Part shown: piece after piece, positions 38,642 to 49,727 of the stretch
Position numbering within the stretch: the stretch's first letter is position 1
Layout of the letters: each line of letters begins with the position of its first letter
Assembly (NCBI GenBank): GCA_019650635.1
Contig: BOXE01000002.1
Span: forward strand, 50,136 to 114,135
From: Alphaproteobacteria bacterium
Lineage (GTDB): Bacteria; Pseudomonadota; Alphaproteobacteria; Methylaequorales; Methylaequoraceae
Direction: 5' to 3'
DNA length: 64,000 nucleotides
Program-made: the position numbers and the translations under genes
The notes under the pieces: model-generated
Told to the model about the DNA's origin: nothing
Database searches by the model: none
What the model saw: only the letters and a program-made list of their open reading frames with translations

Positions 38642-39434
38642 TTAATTCAGTACATAATTTTTCAATTAATATGCTATTACTAGCTAATACAGAATCTACC
38701 TGCATTTGACTGCTGTTATAAATCAGTTTGTTTCCAGAAATATTTTTTAGATATCCACCTGCTTCTTTCAAAATCAAATCAGCTGCAGCAATATCCCAAT
38801 CATTTTTTTTTGTAAAACTTATCGCTACATCCATTGTACCTTTTGCAACTAAAGCAATTTTATACGCTATGGAACCCATTTTAATTGTATTGTCTTGATT
38901 AAAACATTCATATTTCTTTAATTTATTCATTTCAGAACTACTTATTCCATATTTTGAAGAATAAAGATCTATATTTTGATTTACTTTAATTTTTTTTTCA
39001 TTGCAAAATGCACCTTTATTTTTCACTGCTGAAAAAAGTTCTTTTGTTTCAGGGTTTAAGACTAAGCCCAAAACAGGTTCATTCTTTTTTATTAGAGCAA
39101 CAGAGATTGTATATTCTGGTTTTTTGTTAATATAGGATCTTGTTCCATCAATTGGATCTACACACCAAAAATAATCAGAGCTTAACCTTGAGCCATCGTC
39201 AACTGTCTCTTCAGATATCCAACCATAATTAGGTGTAGTTTTTTTAAAAGAAGATTTCAAAAAATCATCAATTTTTATATCCACGTCAGTAACTGGCTGA
39301 TTTTCTGATTTGTACTTAACCGTAATATTATTTTTGAGTGACATTGCAATTTTGCCAGCCTCTAAAATTACCTTTTTTGAGACATCCTCAAGAAAGGAGG
39401 GTAAAAATTGATTCAGACAATTATTTTCCACCAA
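38625..39434 (-). CDS. inositol monophosphatase family protein (CysQ-like bisphosphate nucleotidase)
   Basis: 269 aa with WISEETVDD, WCVDPIDGT and WDIAAADLI. Confidence 0.82.
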   Translation of the reverse strand: MVENNCLNQFLPSFLEDVSKKVILEAGKIAMSLKNNITVKYKSENQPVTDVDIKIDDFLKSSFKKTTPNYGWISEETVDDGSRLSSDYFWCVDPIDGTRSYINKKPEYTISVALIKKNEPVLGLVLNPETKELFSAVKNKGAFCNEKKIKVNQNIDLYSSKYGISSSEMNKLKKYECFNQDNTIKMGSIAYKIALVAKGTMDVAISFTKKNDWDIAAADLILKEAGGYLKNISGNKLIYNSSQMQVDSVLASNSILIEKLCTELNECKK

Positions 39435-40761
39435 GAGTTAAGTTTTCTACAAGGCATGAAGGTGCGTTTATTCCAAAATTAAATTCCAGGTCATTTGCCG
39501 GAATTAAAGACATAAATATATCTGCAAGATTACCTGCAATAGTAATTTCTGAAACAGGATAACAAATTTCACCATTCTCAATCCAAAAACCTGATGCTCC
39601 TCTACTGTAGTCTCCATTAGAATAATTTATAGAACTCCCCATAAGTTCTGTTATGAGAAGACCTTTTTTTAGAGATTTTATCATATCACTTTTCGATACT
39701 TCTCCATTCTCCATATATAGATTAGAATAGGAAACAGAGGGTATTGAGGAAGCAGATCTAGTAGCGTGACCTGATGGTTCATGTTTTATTTGCTTAGCTG
39801 ATGCCAGAGAATTGAAGAAAAATTTTAAATATCCGTTTTCAATTAAAAATTTCTTTTTTGATTGAATGCCTTCACAATCTGAAATTTTCGATCTTAATTT
39901 CTTTGGCATTAATGGATCATCAATTATAGAAATTCGATCATTAAAGACTTTGTTGTTTATTTTATCTTTCAGGAAGCTAATTCCTTTTACAATTGACTGG
40001 GCGTTACTGGCACTAAACAAATTTCTAAGAAGACTCGAAGAAACTTTTGAGTCAAATATTACATCTGACTTGCAAGTTTTTAATTTTCTAGAATTTAATT
40101 TTTTTATTGCATTTTGTGAAACTTCTTTTCCAATTTTTTCAAAATCACCTAATTCATTATAAAACACTTTAGATTTATAATCATATTCTCTTTCCATTGT
40201 ATCCTTTGAACCTGCAAGGACTGCAATTATAAAATCACTATGAGTTTTTTCCATCTCAATTTCAAGTCCATTTGACCCAAGAAGACAGATTGAATTTTTT
40301 GAATAAGCTATTTCAGCTCCTTCAGAATTTGTAATTTCTTTATTATCTAAAGCACTTTCTTCAAGTTTAATAACTTCTTTTTCAATTAAACTCATTGTCG
40401 GTTCATAAGTGTCACAAATTTCTAACTTTTGAACCTCTTGCTTACTTACTTGTTTAATTTTATCTGATTCAGCTAAACCACAATACTGATTTTCAGGTAC
40501 AACTTTTGCCATTTCAACAACTTTTTCAGTTAGATTATAAACATTCTGTTTTTCTAGATTGGTTGTTGACACAATGGACTGCTTCTTATTAATAATTGCT
40601 CTAATCCCAATTTCATTAGTGGATGATTCTTCTTTTTTTTCAATTTTTCCAAGTCTAGAGGAACAACTTGATGTTTTTGATTTTGAAAAAAACACATCAG
40701 CTTCATGACATCCCATTTTACTCAGTCTATTGAGAATCGTTTTTAGAAAATTCTTATCCAT
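39421..40761 (-). CDS. pmbA: metalloprotease PmbA (TldE)
   Basis: 446 aa of the PmbA/TldD fold, with a C-terminal GASGFWIENGEI...EITIAGN region. Confidence 0.88.
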   Translation of the reverse strand: MDKNFLKTILNRLSKMGCHEADVFFSKSKTSSCSSRLGKIEKKEESSTNEIGIRAIINKKQSIVSTTNLEKQNVYNLTEKVVEMAKVVPENQYCGLAESDKIKQVSKQEVQKLEICDTYEPTMSLIEKEVIKLEESALDNKEITNSEGAEIAYSKNSICLLGSNGLEIEMEKTHSDFIIAVLAGSKDTMEREYDYKSKVFYNELGDFEKIGKEVSQNAIKKLNSRKLKTCKSDVIFDSKVSSSLLRNLFSASNAQSIVKGISFLKDKINNKVFNDRISIIDDPLMPKKLRSKISDCEGIQSKKKFLIENGYLKFFFNSLASAKQIKHEPSGHATRSASSIPSVSYSNLYMENGEVSKSDMIKSLKKGLLITELMGSSINYSNGDYSRGASGFWIENGEICYPVSEITIAGNLADIFMSLIPANDLEFNFGINAPSCLVENLTLGGK

Positions 40762-40820
40762 AGAATCTTAATTTATATTTTAATTTGCTATAAATACAAT
40801 ATGAGAATAGTATTTTTTTT

Positions 40821-41006
40821 ATGAGTTACTTTGTCGTAGGTGGGCTTTATAAAAATACATCTTTCAATGAATTTGTAGATGATTCTAAAAAAGAAAGGTA
40901 TGGTCCTTTCGAATCTTATGAAGACGCAAAAAAATATTGGGAAAAAATTTCATGGGAAAACGTAGATAATTGTAACGTAAGATATATAATTTTACCTCAC
41001 AGATAG
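40821..41006 (+). CDS. small conserved protein, DUF4170-like
   Basis: 61 aa, YFVVGGLYKNTSF....RYGPFESYEDAKKYW......VDNCNVRYIIL. It resembles the small alphaproteobacterial DUF4170 family. From memory only. Confidence 0.5.
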   Translation: MSYFVVGGLYKNTSFNEFVDDSKKERYGPFESYEDAKKYWEKISWENVDNCNVRYIILPHR

Positions 41007-41893
41007 TTCTGCAGAATTATTAGAAAAGCAATAATCCCGCCAGTTTTAACATTTGATTTGAATATCTTATTAATTTCTATCCCATTTTCAAAATTTAAAA
41101 ACTGTTTTATAAGCAACGAAAATACGATTAAACTTGAGAGTACACTTAAAAAAGTATTAGCGTAAGTTACAAAAAAAAATATCGAAAAAAAGATTGAACT
41201 TAATACGTATATTATACGTAAAGATTTTCTTTTTTTTTCAAAGAGGATTGCCAAAGACTTTAGACCTATTTTTTTATCTCCTTTTATATCTTGAAAACCA
41301 TAAACTGTGTCGTATGCTGTTGTAAGAAAAACGCCAGCAAAATATAAATACAATATTGAAAAATTAAAATTTTCGGTTTGACTCTGATATCCTACTAAAA
41401 CACCCCAATTAAAAGCTAATCCTAAAATTATTTGAGGAAAATAGGTAAATCTTTTGAATAGAGGGTAGGTTAAAACTAAAGGCATAATCATCAAACTTAA
41501 AATTATTACATTTGTTTCAAATTGTAACAGAATAATCAAACCTAAAAGCAGTTGAAATACAGTAAATATTATTGATTCAAGGACATTTAATGAACCTGAT
41601 GCAAGTGGTCTTTTTTTTGTCCTTTTGATTTTTCTATCAAAATCTTTATCAAAAATGTCATTAATACAACAACCAGCTCCTCTCATCACAAACGAACCTA
41701 AGGTGAAAAGAATTAGGCACTGGAGCAAACTAGCGTTAAGACTAGAATTCGATAAAGCTCCCCAATAACAAGGCCACATAAGTAGAAAAGCTCCCACAGG
41801 GTTATTATATCGTCCGAGAATTAATAAATTCTTGCTTTTTTTTGTAATTTTTTTAAACATTATGCTCAAATCTTCATATAAAGTTATGCCCAA
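40997..41893 (-). CDS. ubiA: 4-hydroxybenzoate polyprenyltransferase
   Basis: Carries the UbiA motif NDIFDKDFDRKIKRTKKRPLASG and multiple TM segments. The listed start is TTG at 41893; an ATG at 41860 (MFKKITKK) is an alternative. Confidence 0.9.
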   Translation of the reverse strand: MGITLYEDLSIMFKKITKKSKNLLILGRYNNPVGAFLLMWPCYWGALSNSSLNASLLQCLILFTLGSFVMRGAGCCINDIFDKDFDRKIKRTKKRPLASGSLNVLESIIFTVFQLLLGLIILLQFETNVIILSLMIMPLVLTYPLFKRFTYFPQIILGLAFNWGVLVGYQSQTENFNFSILYLYFAGVFLTTAYDTVYGFQDIKGDKKIGLKSLAILFEKKRKSLRIIYVLSSIFFSIFFFVTYANTFLSVLSSLIVFSLLIKQFLNFENGIEINKIFKSNVKTGGIIAFLIILQNYL

Positions 41894-42590
41894 AATTAGA
41901 ATATACTTTGAAAAAAAAATTGTAAAAGATCATAAAATTTTACTTGATTCAAAACAAATACATTATCTCAAAAATGTTATGCGAAAGAGAACTGGGGATT
42001 CTATAATTGCATTTAATTCCAATTATGAATGGGAGTGTAAGCTTGATTTAAATGTTGAAAAGTCGATAATACCTGTAAATTTATTAAGGAAAAAAATTAT
42101 TTTACCTGACATTTGGCTTTGTTTTGCTTTGATAAAAATTAAAAATATGAATAATCTTGTTGAAAAAATTTCTGAAATTGGAGTAAAGAAAATTGTACCA
42201 CTGTTCAGCGAGTTCTCTTCTAGAATCCAAATAAATATTAACAGATTTAAAAAAATATCAATTGAAGCAGTTGAGCAAAGTGATTCATTATCTTTACCTG
42301 AAATATCTCATCCTGTGTCCTTACCCGAGCTTCTTGAAGACTGGGATAACGAAAGGATTATTTTTTTGTGTGATGAAACAGGGGGAAATCAAATATTGAG
42401 TGCAAAAAAAATTATTAAAGAATACAAAAAATTTGCAATTTTTATCGGTCCGGTAGGTGGTTGGTCTTTTGCAGATAGGGAACATTTTAAGGATAAAAAA
42501 ACTTACAAAATAAGTCTAGGAAAAAACATTTTAAAAGCTGACACGGCAGCAATATATTCTTTATCATGTGTAAGGGCTTTATTAGAGTGA
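41886..42590 (+). CDS. rsmE: 16S rRNA (uracil1498-N3)-methyltransferase
   Basis: RsmE-like, with the C-terminal SPOUT motif FIGPVGGWS. ATG at 41886 (MPKIRIYF) is preferred over the listed start at 41832. Confidence 0.82.
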   Translation: MPKIRIYFEKKIVKDHKILLDSKQIHYLKNVMRKRTGDSIIAFNSNYEWECKLDLNVEKSIIPVNLLRKKIILPDIWLCFALIKIKNMNNLVEKISEIGVKKIVPLFSEFSSRIQININRFKKISIEAVEQSDSLSLPEISHPVSLPELLEDWDNERIIFLCDETGGNQILSAKKIIKEYKKFAIFIGPVGGWSFADREHFKDKKTYKISLGKNILKADTAAIYSLSCVRALLE

Positions 42591-43924
42591 CAGACGTTTT
42601 AAGTAAAGAAAATTTGATCGCTAAACTGTCAAGCGGATGCAAGGTTAAAGAAGACTGGAGGATTGGAACCGAACATGAGAAATTTGGTTTTAAAAAAAAA
42701 GATCTCAGACCAATTACTTTCGACGACATTCAGAAAATATTCAGTGAATTATGTTCAAAATACAAATGGGAAAAAATAATTGAAAACAAAAAAATTATCG
42801 GTCTGAAAAAAGATGCGACCTCAATCACTTTGGAGCCAGGTGGACAAATAGAACTATCTGGAGCACCAGTTAAAAATTTATTTGAAACATGCAAAGAAGT
42901 AAATTTACATCAAGATGAGCTTAATGCTGTTTGCAGAAATTATGAAATCGAGTTTATGGGAATTGGGGTGCTTCCGAAATGGAAATTATCAGATCTTAAA
43001 TTAATGCCAAAAAAAAGATACGAAATAATGAGTAAATATATGCCACTAGTTGGCGAAATGGGTTTAGATATGATGAAAAGGACAACCACCATTCAGGCCA
43101 ATTTTGACTTTGCATCTGAGTCTGATATGAAAAAAAAGTTTAGAGTTGCTCAATCTATTCAGCCTGTAATAATTGCTTTATATGCAAATTCGCCATTTAT
43201 TGAAGGAAAACTTACAGAATTTCTTAGTTACAGATCTCATATATGGACTAAAACAGATAATGATAGGTGTGGGCTTCTGCCTTTTATTTATGAGGATGAT
43301 TTTTCGTTTGAGAGATATGTTGACTATCTGCTTGATGTTCCAATGTATTTTATAGTTAGAAACAACAAGTATATTGATTTTTCAGGAAAAAATTTTAAAC
43401 AATTTTTAGAAAAGAAAATTAAATTAGATAAATTAATTGAACCAGAAATGAAAGACTGGGAAATCCATTTAACTACTGTTTTTCCAGAAGTTAGACTGAA
43501 ATCATTTATAGAACTTAGAGGTGCAGACGGAGGACCGTGGTCTCGAGTTTGTGCACTTCCTGCATTTTGGACAGGAATTTTATATGATGAAGAAATACTT
43601 GATCAAGTATCTAGTATTATTAAATCTTGGAGCTATGATCAGGTTAAAAACTTCTACAAAGAAGTAAGAATTAATGGTTTTAATTCTTATACGCCTGATA
43701 AAGAAAATTTGAAAAATTTTTCAAAAAAAATTATTGATTTGTCGTCAATCGGACTTAAAAAAAGAAACATAGAAAATGCTGGCAAAACTGAGGATTCTTT
43801 TTTGGAGCCATTAATTGAGATTATAAAATCTGGCGAGTCGCCTGCATTAAAATGGAAAAAATTATATTTAAATCAATGGTCTAATAATATTGATATGTTA
43901 TATACAAATAATTATTTTAAGTAG
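42587..43924 (+). CDS. gshA: glutamate--cysteine ligase, plant/alphaproteobacterial GCS2 type
   Basis: Carries the GTEHEKFGF motif and the family-typical length. The likely start is GTG 42587, overlapping the rsmE stop (GTGA). Confidence 0.88.
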   Translation: MTDVLSKENLIAKLSSGCKVKEDWRIGTEHEKFGFKKKDLRPITFDDIQKIFSELCSKYKWEKIIENKKIIGLKKDATSITLEPGGQIELSGAPVKNLFETCKEVNLHQDELNAVCRNYEIEFMGIGVLPKWKLSDLKLMPKKRYEIMSKYMPLVGEMGLDMMKRTTTIQANFDFASESDMKKKFRVAQSIQPVIIALYANSPFIEGKLTEFLSYRSHIWTKTDNDRCGLLPFIYEDDFSFERYVDYLLDVPMYFIVRNNKYIDFSGKNFKQFLEKKIKLDKLIEPEMKDWEIHLTTVFPEVRLKSFIELRGADGGPWSRVCALPAFWTGILYDEEILDQVSSIIKSWSYDQVKNFYKEVRINGFNSYTPDKENLKNFSKKIIDLSSIGLKKRNIENAGKTEDSFLEPLIEIIKSGESPALKWKKLYLNQWSNNIDMLYTNNYFK

Positions 43925-43927
43925 TTT

Positions 43928-44215
43928 ATGAATAAATCTGAGAAAATAAGAAATATAAGAACTAAAATAGACGAGATAGACCTTAAAATCCTCAACTTAA
44001 TTTCTGAAAGAAAAGATCTTGTAACTGAAATTGTCAAATTTAAAAATAGAAATCAAATTATTGATCAAGAAAGAATTTCAAAAATACTAGAAAGTTTGGA
44101 TGCTGAAGCGTCTAAAAGAGGAATACCAAGAGCATTAGTAAGAAAGCTTTGGGAAGGTATGATTCAATCATTTATCTCATATGAGGAAGAATTATTTGAT
44201 AAATCAAAGAACTAG
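43928..44215 (+). CDS. chorismate mutase (AroQ class)
   Basis: 95 aa, with IRTKIDEIDLKILNLISERKDLVTEIVKFK typical of the AroQ helical domain. Confidence 0.82.
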   Translation: MNKSEKIRNIRTKIDEIDLKILNLISERKDLVTEIVKFKNRNQIIDQERISKILESLDAEASKRGIPRALVRKLWEGMIQSFISYEEELFDKSKN

Positions 44216-45615
44216 ATTGTTCCTCCGACTGTTAAATTCCTAACTTTTAAGCTTGGTTGACCTACTCCAACAGGAACACTTTGACCCTCTTTGCCACAGG
44301 TTCCAATACCGTCATCCAATTTTAAATTGTTGGCGACCATTGTAACTTCTTTAAGTATTTCAGGACCATTACCTATTAAAGTAGCTCCTTTTAATGGACT
44401 ACAAATTTTACCGTCTATTATTTCATAAGCCTCTGATGCACTGAAAACAAATTTTCCAGACGTGATATCAACTTGTCCACCGCTAAATTGAGATGCGTAA
44501 ATTCCTTTTTTTGTAGACTTTATAAGTTCATCATGTTCATATTTACCATTTAACATGTAGGTATTAGTCATCCTTGGCATTGGTAAGTGAGAATAACTTT
44601 GACGTCTTCCGTTTCCAGTTGGACTTTGATTCATTAATCCTGCATTTAATCGATCATGCATAAAACCTTTTAATATACCATTTTCAATTAACATTGTGTT
44701 TTGAGAGGGTGTACCTTCATCATCAATAGTTAGAGACCCTCTTCTTTTGTTAATTGTACCATCATCCACTACTGAAACTTGATCAGAAGCAATCTTGCTC
44801 CCAACAAGATCAAAAAAAGCAGAGGTTTTTTTTCTATTAAAGTCTCCTTCAAGTCCGTGACCAATTGCTTCATGTAAAAGAATACCTGGCCAGCCAGGTC
44901 CAAGTATTACAATTTGTTCACCAGCTGGTGTTTCTTTTGCTGATAATTTTACTATTGCTTGTTCGTAGGCTTTTTTTACTCCGTTTTTCCAATTACTTTC
45001 ATTTAAAAGTTCATCGTATAAATATCTGCCACCCATTCCAAAAGAGCCTGTTTCTACTTTATTTTTTTTTTGAACTGTAATGTTAATATTCATTCTTACT
45101 AAAGGTCTAGAGTCATAGAAAATATCTCCATTTTTTGTAATAACTTCTATATTTTGGTGATTACCGTTCAAACTTACTGAAACTTCTTTAACTCGTTCGT
45201 CAATTTCTCTTGCGAATGTATTAACTTTATTAAGAAAATTAATTTTTTGAGTTAAAGTCACTTTATCAATAGGGTTCTCATTTGTGTAAAGAGATAAATT
45301 ACTGTTTAAATTTTTGAATTTAGGTGGATTGGGGTTTAATTTTTGTTGTTCTTTTACTGACTTCATTGCTTTTGAAAAAGCTTCGTCTGACAATTCTGTA
45401 TTATGTGCGAAATTTACAGAATCATTGTTTACTGTTCTCAGACCGAACCCCTTATCTTGGTCATAACTTGCATTTTTAATTTTATTATCGTCAAAAAAAA
45501 TATTTTCGGAGTAAACTTCTTCAACAAACAATTCTCCTTCGTCGAAATTATCCAATAATTCATTGACTGATGATTTTATTTTTTCTTCATTCCAGTCTTT
45601 TTTTATAGTTTTCAT
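44212..45615 (-). CDS. tldD: metalloprotease TldD
   Basis: 467 aa with the HEAIGHGLEGD zinc motif. Confidence 0.93.
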   Translation of the reverse strand: MKTIKKDWNEEKIKSSVNELLDNFDEGELFVEEVYSENIFFDDNKIKNASYDQDKGFGLRTVNNDSVNFAHNTELSDEAFSKAMKSVKEQQKLNPNPPKFKNLNSNLSLYTNENPIDKVTLTQKINFLNKVNTFAREIDERVKEVSVSLNGNHQNIEVITKNGDIFYDSRPLVRMNINITVQKKNKVETGSFGMGGRYLYDELLNESNWKNGVKKAYEQAIVKLSAKETPAGEQIVILGPGWPGILLHEAIGHGLEGDFNRKKTSAFFDLVGSKIASDQVSVVDDGTINKRRGSLTIDDEGTPSQNTMLIENGILKGFMHDRLNAGLMNQSPTGNGRRQSYSHLPMPRMTNTYMLNGKYEHDELIKSTKKGIYASQFSGGQVDITSGKFVFSASEAYEIIDGKICSPLKGATLIGNGPEILKEVTMVANNLKLDDGIGTCGKEGQSVPVGVGQPSLKVRNLTVGGTI

Positions 45616-45774
45616 TTTACCTCGATATATAAGATTAATTGTAAATATATTAATGATTAAAAAAAAACACTAATATATATTATATGTAAAGAATTTTTAT
45701 TAATTTTTAATGAATAATTATTTGTTTTTTTCTAAATGATCATTATATTAAGTTATTATTATATGTGTGGAAAT

Positions 45775-46581
45775 ATGAAATTTTTTACTTTTTTAACATC
45801 TCTTTTTACAGCTAACCAGATTTTTGCAAAAGGTCAACCAACCGAATGGCAGTTAGGTTTTCAAGAAGCAGGTTCACCTTTAATGCAACAATTAATCGAT
45901 TTCCACGATTTTGTATTTTGGATAATAACAGCAATCACAGTATTTGTATTTCTGCTTCTAGCTTACGTTTGTGTAAGATTTAGCGCTAAAAATAATAAAA
46001 AACCGTCTACAACAACCCACAATGCAACTCTAGAAATAGCATGGACACTCATTCCTGTACTTCTCCTTGTTGTAATAGCTATTCCATCTTTTAGACTATT
46101 GTATAATCAAAATGATTTCACCAACATCGATATGACTATCAAAGCAACAGGCTACACATGGTGGTGGGGGTATGAATACCCAGATCACGACGGAATTGCA
46201 TTTGATTCAGTTATTGTTGAAGATGATGAGCTTGAAGAAGGGCAACCCAGATTATTAACAACTGACTACCAACTTGTGGTTCCAGTCAATAAAAATATTA
46301 AAATGCAGATTACAAGTGACCCATCCGGAGTCATACATTCTTGGGCTGTTCCTTCATTAGGCGTTAAGATGGATGCGATTCCAGGCAGATTAAATGAAAC
46401 TTACTTTAACATTAAAGAGCCAGGTATGTATTATGGTCAATGTTCTGAATTATGCGGTGTAGGACATGGGTTTATGCCAATCTCTATCAAAGCAGTCACA
46501 GAAGAAGAATTTGCTTCATGGGTTGAGACAGCTAAAGAAGAATTCGCAAGCGATAACAATAATAATTATGCAAAAAAATAA
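45775..46581 (+). CDS. coxB: cytochrome c oxidase subunit II
   Basis: Carries the CuA motif CSELCGVGHGFM and two TM helices. ATG at 45775 (MKFFTFL), preceded by ggaaa, is preferred over the listed 45736. Confidence 0.94.
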   Translation: MKFFTFLTSLFTANQIFAKGQPTEWQLGFQEAGSPLMQQLIDFHDFVFWIITAITVFVFLLLAYVCVRFSAKNNKKPSTTTHNATLEIAWTLIPVLLLVVIAIPSFRLLYNQNDFTNIDMTIKATGYTWWWGYEYPDHDGIAFDSVIVEDDELEEGQPRLLTTDYQLVVPVNKNIKMQITSDPSGVIHSWAVPSLGVKMDAIPGRLNETYFNIKEPGMYYGQCSELCGVGHGFMPISIKAVTEEEFASWVETAKEEFASDNNNNYAKK

Positions 46582-46592
46582 GAAAGGTCTAA

Positions 46593-48158
<1,566 letters not shown>

Positions 48159-48182
48159 GTTACTGTCAACAAAGAGGAGAAT

Positions 48183-49097
48183 GTGTTGCAGTCCAAATCG
48201 CTGAAATATAACGCTCAAATACTGAGTTCAAATGATAGTTCAGTTGGTGATTTTCTTTCTTTGCTAAAACCCAGAGTAATGACACTCGCTGTATTTACAT
48301 CAATTTGTGGCGTATTGCTTGCTCCACAAAGCATACATCCTTTCTTTTTTTTCATTTCAATTCTCTGTATATCAATAGGAGCAGGTGCATCTGGTGCTAT
48401 AAATATGTGGTATGATAGAGATATCGACTCTTTAATGGAGAGAACAAAAAAAAGACCAATTCCAATTGGAAAAGTTGAACCTCTAGACGCACTGGGTTTC
48501 GGAGTTGTGTTGTCAGTTATTTCGACAATTGTTTTAGGTCTTGCTGTAAACTACAAAGCAGCTTTCTTATTAGCTTTTTCGATTTTTTTTTACATATTTG
48601 TATACACTGTATGGCTTAAAAGAAGAACTTCTCAAAATATTGTAATTGGAGGTGCAGCAGGAGCTTTCCCTCCAGTAATTGGTTGGGTTTGCTCAGCCAA
48701 TGATATTAGTTTCTTTCCTGTCTTGTTATTTTGCATTATATTCTTTTGGACTCCGCCACATTTTTGGGCACTAGCACTGTATAAAGATATAGAATATTCT
48801 AAAGCTAACGTTCCGATGCTTCCAGTTGTTAAGGGAAAAAGAGTAACTAAAAATCAGATCATGATATATGCTATTGTTTTGTTTTTAGTTTCACTTTTGC
48901 CATACATATTAAGTTATTCAGGGCTATTTTATCTTAGCTCTGCTCTGATCTTAAATATTTATTTTTGCTATTTATCTTTTAGATTACTAAGGAGTAATGA
49001 TTCGAAACACTCTGGTTTTGCGCCAAAACTATTCAAATTCTCAATTTTATATTTATATTTGATGTTTTCTTCGCTTGTTGCTGATTCACTATTTTAA
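48183..49097 (+). CDS. ctaB: protoheme IX farnesyltransferase (heme O synthase)
   Basis: 304 aa of the UbiA family with DRDIDSLMERTKKRP. GTG start, with aggaga 5 nt upstream. Confidence 0.92.
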   Translation: MLQSKSLKYNAQILSSNDSSVGDFLSLLKPRVMTLAVFTSICGVLLAPQSIHPFFFFISILCISIGAGASGAINMWYDRDIDSLMERTKKRPIPIGKVEPLDALGFGVVLSVISTIVLGLAVNYKAAFLLAFSIFFYIFVYTVWLKRRTSQNIVIGGAAGAFPPVIGWVCSANDISFFPVLLFCIIFFWTPPHFWALALYKDIEYSKANVPMLPVVKGKRVTKNQIMIYAIVLFLVSLLPYILSYSGLFYLSSALILNIYFCYLSFRLLRSNDSKHSGFAPKLFKFSILYLYLMFSSLVADSLF

Positions 49098-49186
49098 TGA
49101 AAAAAAATAAAAAAAATATAGCTTTAGGTCTGGCTTTGTTTTTGTTAGCCACCATATTTTATTTTATAACAGTTTTTAAATTCTAA
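49097..49186 (+). CDS. 29-codon single-TM membrane peptide between ctaB and ctaG (CoxF-like position)
   Basis: Hand translation gives MKKNKKNIALGLALFLLATIFYFITVFKF-stop. Its ATG overlaps the ctaB stop (TAATG), and its stop lies 1 nt before the ctaG ATG. It is below the ORF-track length cutoff. Confidence 0.5.
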   Translation: MKKNKKNIALGLALFLLATIFYFITVFKF

Positions 49187-49187
49187 T

Positions 49188-49727
49188 ATGATAGCAAGAA
49201 ATCAAAATAAAAAAGTTAAACAAGCTTTTTACCTATTGGCATTTGCCCTTGGAATGTTGGCAATGAGTTACGCAGCAGTCCCACTCTATAAAATTTTTTG
49301 TAAAGTTACAGGGTACGGAGGGACTCCTCAGATCTCATCTGAGAACGACAGTTATAAAATTAAAGAAAAAATTGATGTTAGGTTCGACTCTACTATTGAT
49401 AGAAATTCTGTTATTTCTTTTAAACCAGAGGTTAAAAAAATTGAAGTTCAGATTGGTGAAAACAGTCTAGCTTTTTTTAAGGCAAAAAATAATTCTGATA
49501 AACCCATTACAACCATGTCAGTTTTCAATGTTAGTCCTTTACAGGCTGGACAATATTTTAATAAAATTGAGTGTTTTTGCTTTGAAGAACAAGTTTTATC
49601 TGCAAATGAAGAGGTCAGTATGCCCGTATCTTTTTTTGTTGACGCTTCAATTAAAGATGATAAATTTATCAAAGATTTGCAGGAAATAACCCTCTCATAT
49701 ACAATGTATGTAAGAAAAAATGAGTGA
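49188..49727 (+). CDS. ctaG: cytochrome c oxidase assembly protein CtaG/Cox11
   Basis: 179 aa with an N-terminal TM segment and the CFCFEEQ copper-binding motif. Confidence 0.93.
   Translation: MIARNQNKKVKQAFYLLAFALGMLAMSYAAVPLYKIFCKVTGYGGTPQISSENDSYKIKEKIDVRFDSTIDRNSVISFKPEVKKIEVQIGENSLAFFKAKNNSDKPITTMSVFNVSPLQAGQYFNKIECFCFEEQVLSANEEVSMPVSFFVDASIKDDKFIKDLQEITLSYTMYVRKNE

Noticed and set aside
45736-45774. N-terminal extensions in the ORF track: coxB from 45736, thrC from 51205, tadA from 30108, rsmE from 41832, gshA from 42566
   Set aside because: The extensions overlap upstream genes or add non-conserved residues before a clear family-typical start (MKFFTFL, MIYSSTRGS, MNEYFMK, MPKIRIYF, VTDVLSK). 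Downstream starts are preferred.
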